Source: Amoebophrya sp. A120
Taxonomy: Eukaryota; Protista; Dinoflagellata
Direction of reading: 5' to 3'
Assembly (NCBI GenBank): GCA_905178155.1
Contig: CAJINV010000011.1
Span: forward strand, 3,561,077-3,625,076
Length of the DNA stretch: 64,000 bases
Part shown: piece by piece, positions 48,901 through 61,300 of the stretch
How positions within the stretch are numbered: the first letter of the stretch is position 1
Layout: each line of letters starts with the position of its first letter
Notes under the pieces: generated by a model
The model's input: only the letters and a program-made list of their open reading frames with translations
Told to the model about the DNA's origin: nothing
Database searches by the model: none
Position numbers and translations under genes: made by a program

Positions 48901-51056
48901 CGGCTCTTGAAAATGGGGCCAACTTCTACGCCAAGTTCGTCTCCCTCTCCTGGCGACTACAGCACGGGAGAAAGCGTTGTCAGCCCGGGGCTGATTCTGG
49001 GGTTGAAGTTGAACAACTCCGCGGATGTCGGTTCCGCAGAAGAAGCTGTTGTTGCTGAGGACAAGGACCAGTATCAGCGAAGCAAAAAGCAAGAGGCTAC
49101 TTCTTGGTCTACTACAACTTCCCGTGCAGCTGCCAACATCGACTTCAGGTTGCTTCACCGACTTGCCCGCCAATGCAACAAGAGGGAAAAGAAGGAAAAG
49201 ACCACGATCAGAGGGATGAAGTTCTCCGAGCTGCTAAACGGCAAGGTATACCAAGAGAAGGAAAAGCAAGGCGAGGTTAGGACGTCACCGGGGAAGATCG
49301 TACCCGTATACGTCTTAAAAGCCGTCCACCCAGTACCGTCCCCGTTGGCCACTGCAATCGAGAGACTGGGCGAGTGGCAGGCAGCGCTCGAGCGGAAATT
49401 TGCGCTACAAGCAGCAGAAGACCAGATGAGCAGTAATTCGAAAATAAATGCTCCTGCAACTTCTAGGAGTCACCTTCTCTCAGTCTTACGACCAGACACT
49501 AAGCGGCAGGCGGAGGATGGCGCAAGGAGGTACGTGGGCTATGTGAAGCGGCTGAGGGAGCAACTCCGAGAAAAGATCCAATGGTACCGCGATCCGTGTA
49601 AGGGCGGCCGCTGGATGGAGGCAGAATTAGTCACGAAAGAGGAGGGGTCATCTACCGACATCGAATACGCCGACCGCATCTATGGAAGTTGAAGTTCTCA
49701 AACGTTACATTCGCAATCGTTGCATGAATTTGTGATGCAAGAATAGTAAAAGTGTAATTGTACTGAGTGGCAGGCCGTGGCCCTGACCGGGGGGTATTTT
49801 GCTTTTTGCGCCTCCTGCGTTAGTAACGTCAAATTAGCAAGGAACAAGTTCGTTGTGTGGACAACGGGGGCTGATGCTGATTGAGAACCTAACGGTTCTT
49901 GAGAATCATGTAACAGTTGAGAGTGTAACGGTTGAGAATCCCATACCATTGACAAGGGGAAAGAGAAACACACACTACAAAAAGACGTACCCCGTGCAAA
50001 AATTTTACACCGCCGTAGCCACGACCTAAAAATGAACGACTTTTTTCTCGTTGTACTCGTTGAGGCTGACAAGAAATATCTGTATGCTCATGCAAAATTA
50101 TGAATATACAAATGATTTTAGTAGAACAGCGTGGGATAATTTTGCATAATCCATGAGCACGATCAGTTCGTCTGAATAAAGTGTGTAAAAAGTACAATCT
50201 CAATATGTCATACAGATCGATGACCGCCACCGCTGCATCGTCCTTTTGCATACGTATGGACGTCGATGAGAAACTTGTAAGTGGATCTACCGTCGTGAAG
50301 AGCTTTTTTCCAGGATAGAGCGGGGTCAAGCATTTGCGGAAAACGATTCGGGAGTCCATGATTATGTTAGGCGGTACGATTCCGGAGGACCAAGAACGCG
50401 CGTTTCGTCCCATGCATCCGCTTTGCTGTCCCGTGTTACCGAACTTCCGCCATCCCGACCGTGTTACCGAGCTAGAAAAAATGCAGATACCGAACGTGCA
50501 ACAGAGAGCCGCGCTCGCCCGTGTGGTCGCACCCACGGCCGCGATCGGACAGCCTCTGCAGGCTAGTGATCGTGTTGTGCAGGCAGGTCCTCGTCCAACA
50601 GCGCAAGAGCGTCCGGCTGCCGCTGGTTGTACAACTTCTAGCCACTCAAGAGCAGTAGACGCAGGCAGGAGAGAAGAAGTACTACAAGGTAGAAATTTAC
50701 TCCTCGCGGACTCTAGTACAGCGGCCTCCTCGTCGACCGCATCTTCTTCATCTCCATTTTTACCATTTTCACAACATCCCTCATTTGCGACCGCGGGGTT
50801 CCAGAGGGGTCTACAACCGGGGGGCGCACCATACATCACCTTCCAACCACCTCCGCGCCCCAGTCAGGTTTCGTCTGCGTCAACTGGTGCGTCAAGAATG
50901 GCTGGAGGGGCGCCGTTGGCGTCGTCCACTTCGGAGCAGGTCGGGGAGGAAAATGGAGTAAAAGCCGCCGCCTTGTCCCTGCGCAGCATTGCCAACCCCG
51001 GAGCCGACGCAGCAGCCCCGCAGACCATCGGAAAAGCGGAGCTGGAGATGTGGTAA
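45966..51056 (+). CDS. Hypothetical low-complexity protein with signal-like N-terminus
   Basis: Exons 45966-48152, 48465-48522, 48737-49680, 49951-~50014 are joined in frame by removing 3 TIR introns. The link to ORF 50334-51056 and the 3' end are uncertain. Confidence 0.6.
48153..48459. mobile_element. TIR introner, family E
   Basis: Perfect TSD GGGAG. Confidence 0.92.
48523..48731. mobile_element. TIR introner, family H
   Basis: TATCCAAGAAAAAAAC ... GTTTTTTTCTTGGATA; perfect TSD CGAGC. Confidence 0.9.
49681..49945. mobile_element. TIR introner, family C (degenerate)
   Basis: TSD GCATC/CCATT (2 mismatches). Confidence 0.75.
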
Positions 51057-54000
51057 ATATAGGTCTCCGACGACAATAAGAACAGGCGCAACTCCTGTTC
51101 TGTGCAGCCCGGACAAGTACGTCCTTCATTTTTCCCCATTTTGACCGGAATAAAAGACCCAAAAATAACACAAAACTCACAAGAAAGTCGCTGATAGGAA
51201 AGTAACTCGAACTACAACATGAAGAACTACTAGTAGGTACCTCCCGCAAGCTCCTTTTTTACTTTTTTCGAGCAGAGGGATTTCTTTTTCTACTACGTAC
51301 TCGTACTAACGCACGCTACCAAGAGCGCATACTGGTCCGCAGCGTTGCAGTTCGTAGTTACTCGACTTACAGTTAGACATGAAATGAACGAAGAGAACGC
51401 AAGCCGTTCAGGCAGGCACACGTATCTAGAAATTATACGTCGGTCTCGGTACCGCATTCACTCACATAAATGTATGATCTGTGGTAATATCTGATGTAAG
51501 TAAATTCCTGCATTAGGTTCGATTCCTGGTCCGTTTTCTACGACGAGTTAACGAAAAGCGGTCAACAACCTTATTTGATTACGTGCACTAGCACTTCTTG
51601 CTCTTGAACTTGATGATAGAACTAAAAAATACGGCATCCTGAACAAGATGATCGCGCAACCGTTTCGGTAGCGGAACAAGCGACAGCCGAACGGCAGGTG
51701 GTGAACAGGACTTTTGATCCGCCACTTCGCAACTCTAACTGAGCAAAACTGCACTTAAATAATCTGCGACGTTGTGCTAGCACATAGACATAACTTAACT
51801 GTCTATTTGGACAAAAAAAGCACGATGACCAAAAGCACGAAAAAAAGAGAAGGAAAGGCAAGAACCGGAACGACGAGCCAGCGCTAATATGCAAAAATCA
51901 TTGGAAGAATTTGATTTAATTCCTGGGCAACAAGTTGAGAATCACTTCACATTCACCAAGGGCGGGAGGCTCTTTTCGGTGAAGTATTCTGCAAGACGCG
52001 TTTCCCCGGGAAGATAACATTGTATTCTTCCTTTGTCTTGAGCACAGACAACTAACAGGAATAGCACTGATTAGAAAGCATCAGCTTTATTCCTTTAGTA
52101 GTAGTTACAATTCATCGCGGTTACGTAGTACTAGTTTCGCATATATATTTTCCACTACTCGTACTCGCGTACACTTGTACTCAAACTCCTGTATCTGTTG
52201 TATCTGTAATTTGTTGTAGAAATGTGCTGTGAAAGATGAGGAATAAGTGCTAGCTTGGAGGAATCATTTTTCGGGGCCCGGAAAGAAAGGTTCTCCTGCA
52301 GGTGCCGAAGACATGGCGCCGCCCATGTATTATTTGCAATCTTGACTACAGCATCAGCACCGAAAAATGAAACTCCAAGTCGCACTAAACCTTCGACGAT
52401 GTGTTTTGATCAAGGAGTCAGTTGTGTGCAAGATCGACCTGACACTCGAAGTGAAGAAACTAGAATGTCAAAAGGTCGAGATCTGTAGTCATGGGACCGG
52501 TCTCATATTACCAGATGGAAATGGAATCATTTATTTAGACCTGTTGTGAGAATATGATTTCGCATCTGTGTTGTGTTGCCTGTCTGTCGTCCTAACAGGT
52601 CATTGCGCAACTTTACGACCTGATTAAGCTAGCTTTACTTTTGAACACTTTTTTTATCCTAAATTAAACAATAGCAATGACCGGCAGGTGGGGGGGGAAG
52701 CTGCGACTCGCTTCCATTTGCAACGGTTAGCTCAGAAAGGTATGACCGCAGTGAAAAGACAAATACAACAGTACCAAACTGTACTTGTCGTATGATTCGC
52801 TCCAGCTGACGATTTCTCGTTCCACCTATTTCAACCGAAAAATTTCAGGCGTAGTTTGAAACTAGTATCTCTGTTGTATGATGGATGAAACAAATAGCAC
52901 TACAAATCAAAAACAAAATCTACAAAACTAAACTGCTCTTCTATTGATACTTCAGCGACAAATAAAAACAACAGGCGTACCCGTACGAAAATTAAAAATA
53001 TTCGCCTATCTAGAAGAAGATCATGATCATGGGGTCGTCCATGGTGGATGAAGAGCATGATTTACCAACGCAGGACCAGGAGGATCATCAACTACAAGCG
53101 GTTGCATATCTTGTTGGATAGCGCACTGGTTTTGGCTGGCTGTTGTATGTGGTGCAGTTGTGCCACCGACCGGGACCGAAGCACGTGCACTGCGACAGGA
53201 ACACACGAGTTATTACGACGAGCTTTTTTTATCGAGAAGTATTACTACGTACTAGCGCAGAACTTTTTTTAGGCATGGCATGAGTACATACAACTAGAGA
53301 GTAGACATGAACCACACATGGGTATTAGCACGAGGTTACACTGTATTTCTTGATATCCTTGGAGCTGTCGCGTAGTTGTACGTGAGTCGCAACGAACAAT
53401 ACTAGACTACAGCTCTTTATTTGGATTTTATCGTGTCACCGAGTACGGATGATTTTTAGCTTTATCAATCGCAGGACCAAGAGGTGTGCAAATAAGAAGC
53501 TTGATGTGCGATGTGATCGCGTCTTATCCGATGAGAGGAATCATCACTAATCGCTGCGGTAAAATTATATGATGCTGTTGCTGTGCTACCACCCACCCGG
53601 GTGGTAATTGTAATTTTACGAAATGCTGGATATGGATATTGTGTACGAGGCTGAAACACAGTCACAAAAGTTATTACAAAGGAGAAAAATGACAATGAGG
53701 AAACCTTAACCTACTTCGGGGAGCGTTTCTAAAAACTTGTTGTCGAAGAACAAATTCGGCCAAACACCCGACCAAAGAAGTGGTGTTCAGGAGCGAACGA
53801 GCACTGCAAAGAAGTAACGTCCAGAAAATGCAGATGATCGTCGTCTCACTTTCCAAGCGATCTGGTAATCTGGGATCCCGCGATCTGCGTGGGGACTGCA
53901 TAAGATATAGGCAAGCGTGAGCGTGTTTCATCCAAGATCGTTCTTCACGATGAACAGTGGTCGTGCCCTTCAAGTCGGTGCCCCTCCGCCCGCGTTGCGT

Positions 54001-54556
54001 CCGCGCTTCGCCACCAGTACCAGTACCAGTCGTTGAGGACTACTCTCTCTCTCTCTGCTCTGTCGAACTGATGATAACTCACGTATATGTTGATTGCAGG
54101 TGTCGATGCATACCTCTGAAACTAAGCACAAATGCTTGGAAGTGCCGAACTGAAGATAGATCAAGATCTTCAATAATCATGTACCTATGAAAATACAAAT
54201 AGGCACACGGTCAAAAATGTTTGGAAGTGCTGACCTGAAGATCAAGATGTTCAGAAGTCGTAGCCTGGTATGTCATCATCTTGGTTCACCCTGCTCGTTG
54301 CTGCTCTTTCTCAGGCGGATTTCAATGCTTAGCTTCGTCAGGCGTGGCATGATATCACATTTGGTTTAATTTCACTATCATACGGAAAAAAGGCTCTCTT
54401 TAAATAAATTTTTTGATTTTCTATTTGTTTTATGTATTTGTAGGCCTGTAGAAAATAAACCTGAATCGCACATTTTTGTTTTTTCGAGGACAACGATCGT
54501 CAGGGCTCTTCAACATCGCAGCTCGCTTAGTGTAGAACACAACAAGAACGCGTACC

Positions 54557-55996
54557 ATGTTGATGTTTCGATGGTTTTTGTTTGGAGCCGGAGGGGTATT
54601 CCGAGGTATGGCAGTGAAACCACAAATGGAAAAATCAACGGACGGCGAAGGCAGTTCAACTTCTGGCAGCAGTAGCTCTGCTTCTGCGCGTTATAATGTT
54701 CGAACCCGAGGAGCAGAAGGAGAAGACAGTGTGGAAGTGCATGCTACCACTTGTAGCGAAGATCGAGATTCCAAGGGTCGTTCACGCAAGAGAGCGAAAC
54801 TAGGAGAATTCGGCAAGCAGCAGGCATCGCTATCTCTATCCTCTGTTTTTGGTGCAGGCGGCGAGGGCATCGGCCCGCAGCTACAGGAGCGCCTGCGAGT
54901 ACACCTCGATGGTGTGACCGAATTCGTGGTCCTCCCAGTGCTGTATAATAATTCTAGCGGCGCAGCGCCCGCGTGCACCTCCGGTGAGGCTGACGGGAAC
55001 AAAGGGGAGCGGGAAAATAAATGGCGCAAGGAGCACATCCAGGCTTTGGCGAGGGAACAGCGACAAGCCCGCGGAAAACGACTGCGCGAAGTCGTGGCTC
55101 AGGCGGAGAACCTCGCAGAGGAATACAGGTATCCACTGTAAAATCCCCGCACACGACATACAATTACATCAAATGCAGTCTTTGCATGACAAAACTTGCC
55201 TTCAAGTGAGCATGACAAGCGTTACAGTTAGATTTGGCGAAATTCGTACTGCGTTTTGATTTTGTACATGTACTACGGGAAATTTGTGCTGCATAAGAGG
55301 AGCGGAACTTTGGACAGGATTGGACAAGGTGTTGATACAGAAGACGAGGCTAGGCGCAAGATCGCGCGCGTTGGTTCGGCAATTGCAACCTTGGCAGACG
55401 ACTTCCCGCCAGGCAGAGACACGATCGACGTGTTGAAACGCATTTGGGACGCGACGCTTTGCATGGCTATATTTAGGCCTGGCATATACCTGGGGGATAT
55501 AGGGAGCCGACCGCCTGTCCAAGTGGTGCTCGCATTAGAGAAGCTTGCGGTCGCCAATGTTGACAAGAGGAATCATGTGTCGGCTGAGGTGAGAGAGGCG
55601 GCGATCCGCCAGTTGTTTCTGCTCCGCGTGGAGGAGGCTACCAAGTTGCCGAGCCGGCCCCTATTTGGACAAACCCTCAAGGCGGAGCTCCGCGTTTTGC
55701 AACACTTGGCAAGTGAATTCAAAGAGGCACTCTTCAGCGCCTGGTGCAATCTTCAGGATCTACTCGCGCTGATGGACGAGGAGGGGCGCGGGCGGGGAGC
55801 GTTGCCGTTGCCGTTGCGGCTCCTGCATTCAATCGCAGATGACGCAGGTGGATTTTACCGGGATGGGCGGGATGATCGTATGCGGGATGATCGTATGCGG
55901 GCCGTGCAAGAGTTGGAAGAGCTGACGAAAGTGACGGACCTGCAAATCAGTTTCTTGCAGGAGAAGGAGAGAACCGCAGGGACGACGAGCAAGTAG
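54557..55996 (+). CDS. Hypothetical protein (two exons)
   Basis: Exons 54557-55129 and 55301-55996 joined in frame (EYR-SGTLD) by removing one TIR intron; no recognisable domain. Confidence 0.7.
55130..55295. mobile_element. TIR introner, family G
   Basis: TSD ACAGG/AGAGG; right arm nearly matches that of the 36515 copy. Confidence 0.83.
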
Positions 55997-58322
55997 ATTA
56001 ATACAGGAACAACAACCCTGGTGGCGGGGGAATGATAGGATTAGGAAATGAAGACTACAAAGCTATTAAGATTAACATTATCTGGATCACCGGTGATGAT
56101 GAAGGTGCACGTGCTGGCACCCGGGAGTGTAAGATGCATGTGCTGTAAGGACAACATTCAACACGTCTAAGCTGAAGGAAAGGTTTTGAGAACTACGGTT
56201 CCTAGGTACCGATAGCAGTGCCTATAACGGATGTTTCTGTCTTCTGTATTTTTGATACAAAAGTTTTGATAACTGATGTTTTTGTCTTATGTATTTGCAC
56301 CACGGGCATGACGACGTATTCAGCCTGTTGCCAAGTACCTAAGATGGAGGAGCTGTATAAGACGAACAGAAAGAAGAGACGGACTATGGCGGAAGGATGG
56401 AAAGTGCGAGGGAGAGGGTGCTACTGATATAAAGAAACAAGCAATACTGCTACGAAGACGTTTTCGAAAAAGATAGAAGATCGACACATCTTAAGAAACC
56501 ACTTTATATATAGGTAGCGTCTGACCCGCGGGCGGCTACAAGAAAGAGCATGGAAAAACCAACAACCAGCAATAAAAGTCCTACTCATCTCTATGCAACA
56601 ACTCTACGCGTAAGATTTTACTACTAAAGCTAGATGCAGCACCGTACTACAAGATCTATTTATACGCAGGGTGTTGACAGAGTAGCTAAACTGCAAGACA
56701 AACGGAACAAAAACAACAACTACAACAAGAAGAAGAACAGCAAGACAAACATAAAAAACAGCATGACAAATTAAGAAGTGAAGTGATGCGGCAAAGTTGG
56801 GGGAGTTGGAAAATACGCATGACAGACTCACTATTTCTTAAACGTGTTGACGTTTTTCGGACTTAGAAAGTTGAAGACTTATTTGAAAAATCATGAACGA
56901 CTACGCGCGGGCGACGACAAGAAGATGACTTTTGTGTGTTCTGCCAACCCTTTGCACATGCCACCAAGGGAAAGACTCTCGAGAGAATATCCTTCTCACT
57001 CTACTATATCTGACGGTGACGGCCAAAAGTCGCCCTCCTGTCGTCGATGAGGGCAAGACCATAAAAATTATTGCCTTCTTTATATTGATGAAATCTCGGT
57101 CCTCCGTTTTTTTCATTGTTTGCGCAGGTTCTCATTGTATCTACTATCATGATGTCGAAGTCGCAACCGCAAGCAGGACGACAAGGTCCTACATGATCGC
57201 ATGCGTGGCCACTTGATGACGACTATCGAGCGTCCGAAGTTCAACATCGCTAGTACCAGCTAGTCTGATCATGTAATTGTATCGGAAAAATCTTTATCAA
57301 TTGTTCGTGCTCGTTGTATGCAGGAGGATGATACAATTACAACTGCCGTTTAGTGATGACTTTCGATTTTTACATGGATCCACCTCGCATGCAATGAATA
57401 CAAACATAATTTTTTTAATTTTGAAGCAAGAGCGGCCGAGGTTTGTGCTTGTGGTCTGTGGCAAGCATTCGGAAAAAAGTTTGTTGCATTTTTTGCCAGT
57501 ACAGGTACACGTCGGAGCTTGAGCTCGTGCTTGCTGTTCTGGTGATGGTCTATTCGTGATAAGTAAAAGTACTCCTGATAGCTATTTTGGATCTGGATTT
57601 TTTTGATGTTTTTGCAGGCCCTCAGTGATCTGGTATTAACCAAGGCATGTGATCATCTTCCTGTTAGCAGTGTTTTATTAGTAAAGTGAGTTTATTGTGT
57701 GTGAAATTGAAGCCTTCATCTACCCTCGCAAAGAGCACAATTATCGTCCTCCCGCCCTGACTATGATGTTCACGTCATTTATGAAAATACAAGATCGGGG
57801 GCTCCCACACACTAAGTACCGCCCATATGTTCTTGACTCCAGACTTGCGTTCCTTTTCCTCTTTAAGGAACTTAAAGCTTTAGCTTTTCTTTTAAAACAA
57901 AATCAAAAAGCTTTCTTTTTCAAGTCGATGACTCCTCCCAGCCGAGCACGGCGTTTTCGTCGTGGTTTACAACATTCGAAGGAGGTTGTTCCAGGTCTCA
58001 ATCACAATCGCACCTGCTCAAGAATATCCTGGAGGCGAGTCTTGGAAAATTATACATTCGCAGAGGCCAACACGACGGACACCAGAAGTGCGACTACCAC
58101 CCTCAACCTCCGTCGGCGGGCAGAGGTAGACACACAGCAGGTCCTCGGGGGCAGAAAATGGCACGCGCGGACGGGCTGGTGCACTGGGATTGTTGTTCCA
58201 ACTATTTACGCTCACCGGAATAAACGGCGATGTACGGCTTAAATTGGCTAGCGACCTGTGGGTAAGTAGAAAAACGAGAATCAGCTGAGCCTGAGCGGAG
58301 TCAACATTGACTGCGCGCAATC

Positions 58323-61300
58323 ATGTCAGCTTCCGGTGCAGAGCAGGCACAGATAAATTCGGGCAATGTTTTAAATTCGCCACCGGTTCCTGCCGTAGTT
58401 CCTGTGTGCCTGCGACTCAAGCAAGCGACCCCCTGGAGTCTACGACTGTACATCACGGGCCTGGAAGGACTTCTAGTTGGAGAGGGACCTACGAGGAGCA
58501 CCACTAGTAGCTCTGGTAGTACACCAACACCTGCTGCAGCATCTAGTACTTTTGCAGGAGAGAACCTCCAGCCTGCTTGTTCGCTCGAAAATGCGCGGTT
58601 TCAGGTGACCGTGCAGTACTTCAAGAGCCATGACTACTCGGTTCTCAGGGCATTTCGGTCTACCACCACCAAGGCGTTTTTGGTACACGCCGCGAAGAAT
58701 GAAGACACAAGGACTACTAGTGCGGAAACGGACCAGCAGTCCCCTCCAGGAAGAGGAGGAGGAACATCTTCTCCGAGTGTTACTGGTGCTAAAACAAGCC
58801 GGACCTCATCGTCGAACAACCATCAATTCGAGTCAGGGAGCTTTTGCCTCACCGACTTAGAGCCGGGAACAGGGTAAGGAAGCAAAGTTTCTATTGTAGT
58901 AAGAAAGTCGGTCCGCAGCTTCGCGGGACTATAGAAAGGAAACAAGGCAAGAAACGCGTGAGTAAGTAGTATGCTTTTTATGGCATAAATATGCATGATC
59001 TTATGTATTTCCCGTCACCTCTAGATTAGACACACAAGCTGCATTTTTTAGGTCGTTCGCATTATGTGCACCGGAAGGCTGACGGGGAAGGCTTACGGCA
59101 CGATGCGTTGTAGACTCATGATGTCACCATCTGTCGTAGCCCCCTCGTCCTATCTACCTTCACTAGAAGATCCTTGTGCTTCATCAAGGACAGACACCAC
59201 AACCACTACAGGTACGACGTGCGCTTTGTAGTAGAACGCATTGAAGACACGACGACAACCTCTGCCAGCAGCTCCGCCGCGACGTCGAGCGAAGATCCTC
59301 TTCCTTCGAAGGCCGAGCTGTTGAGTGGGTCCCCGGTTGTGGTAGAAGCGAATGCGAACACGAAAACATATTCCGAGTACCTGAACTTTGCCACCGTGCC
59401 GCGGCTGCGCGGGCCCTGTCCGTTGCAACTCGTCCACGATGCGCACTGCAGCAGGGCCCGGCTCCAGTGGCCGGCCGTGGAGTGCGGTTCGGGCGACATT
59501 GGCGCCTATGTGGTGCAGTACGTCGAGACCCCGGACCCCTCGCGCGCCAACCCGGCGAAGCTTTTCGCGGAAGGCTCGAAGCAGCTCAGGGAGTTACGGG
59601 TGCCCGCAATTTTTTGCAACGATTCCTCGTCGGAGCCGCCAGGGACAGGTAAAATTACAGGCAGAAGGTTGCGCGGCGAGCAGCAGACGGTCGTGAATCT
59701 CCAGAGCGGTGCTGGTGCCCGTGTTGATCAAAAAGTGGCGTTTTTCGATAGCAATGCGGTGAAAGCAGAGGACTTCGAGGACGGTTCTGTGGCACAGGTC
59801 GTGTTGCGAGTTGACGCAGAAGATCTGTCGGAAACTGAGGGTGCATCAAAAACCGCAGATGATCATGAACTTGATGCAGGGAAGATGAATGTTGAAGCAT
59901 CAATACCAGCAGCCGAGAATAGTACTAGCGTCAGGGGAAGCGTGAATTTTTGGCTGACAGATTTGTCCCCTCTGAAGCACTACCTAGTCCGGGTTGCGGC
60001 GCTAGATCCCTCCTTGTCAAAAGGCGGCATTCTGACTGCTGGTGTCAGTCTCAGTACGAAGACACAGTCATCCAGCCCCGACAAGGAAGACGATCAACTG
60101 CGAAGCGCGACTACCGGGGGTGATAAAAATGTCGAAACAGCACTAGGCCGCACGGCAAGCGAAAGGGAGCCTGGTGGTACAAGAAGTGCAACCACGAGCG
60201 CAACAACGAACAAGTACTACTACACGCCTGCGCATCTGTCAGCGCTGAACGTGCACCAATTTTCGGAAGTGCTTGCGGTCCAGGCCGGGCGCGTGGCGCC
60301 CGCAGTGAGCCAGACGAGTGTGCTGCAGATCTGTGCTTCGCACACCGAAGCCTTGGTTGGTTTCTCGCTAGCGAGCACGAGCACAGACGAAGCGCCGTCG
60401 ACCTTTCGGTTGCGGATTCAGCCCCACATCAGTGCGGCCGGAAAGAAGAACACGGCGGTGGAGCAGATTGTGATGGTTACCGAAGCGGAAGCGAGAGAGC
60501 TCGGGGAGCAAGTCAGAGAAGTTTTACGCTCACACTCGGCCGATGTACGGACCGCGCTTTCGGCGTCGGGTTCCTCCATAGTGGATCAGACCGGCGGTTG
60601 TACCAAAGGCGCGACGGCTAGTGACCACGAAGAAGGGGGAAAAATTGGAAAAGAGTTGATGCAAGAAAGCGGAAAAAACGCAGTTTCCTCATCATTGGCA
60701 ACAAGACAAGATAAGAAATTCTCCGACCGGACGCAGGGTACAAGATACGGGCCACCTGGAGGTGGTGAGGACATCATAAAGGAAAGCATATTCGACACCC
60801 AGGCGGAGCAAATCGAGGAGAGCATCTCGGCCCACCTAATGGGCTTTCCGTTCTGGAACCGGCGGCCGCACCTCTTTGTTGGCAGCGGGGAGGACATTCT
60901 GTCTGCGCCGCGTCTTGTTTGGACGCAGGGTGGCAAGGTCGCCACCAAGCTTGACGCCCCCCGACCAAACCCCGCGGCAACGAGCAGCGACGAGCGGTTT
61001 CGCGCTCAGCTGGACGCTGATTTGTTTCAGTACGCCGTGCGGATCCCGCTGAAAACAACTCCTGGGGGAAGGACACAGACGCAGCCGTCGCCTGATGCTC
61101 CACGAACTAATGTAGGGACGCAAGGCGAAAACGCGGTTCCGGCCGCACTAGGGGCGAGCGCAGGGGACTCGGACGCAGTGTCCAGTGTGCCAGCATCCGC
61201 AGCTGCAATAAAACCAGGAGTAGTACCATCATCACCAACAAAGGGCGCACCATTAGAACAAGCAGAGCCACAAGGTTCTTCGCCATCAGCCAGAGGTCCT

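Noticed and set aside
51514-51528. tRNA T-arm / B-box-like TAGGTTCGATTCCTG
   Set aside because: No acceptor stem, D arm or anticodon arm can be built around it.
55868-55900. 15-bp tandem duplication (CGGGATGATCGTATG x2) in a CDS
   Set aside because: It is an ordinary in-frame slippage duplication (RDDRM x2).
56760-56830. Two GCATGACA motifs in an intergenic spacer
   Set aside because: There is no TAT/ATA-ended inverted repeat or TSD around them; at most a decayed remnant.
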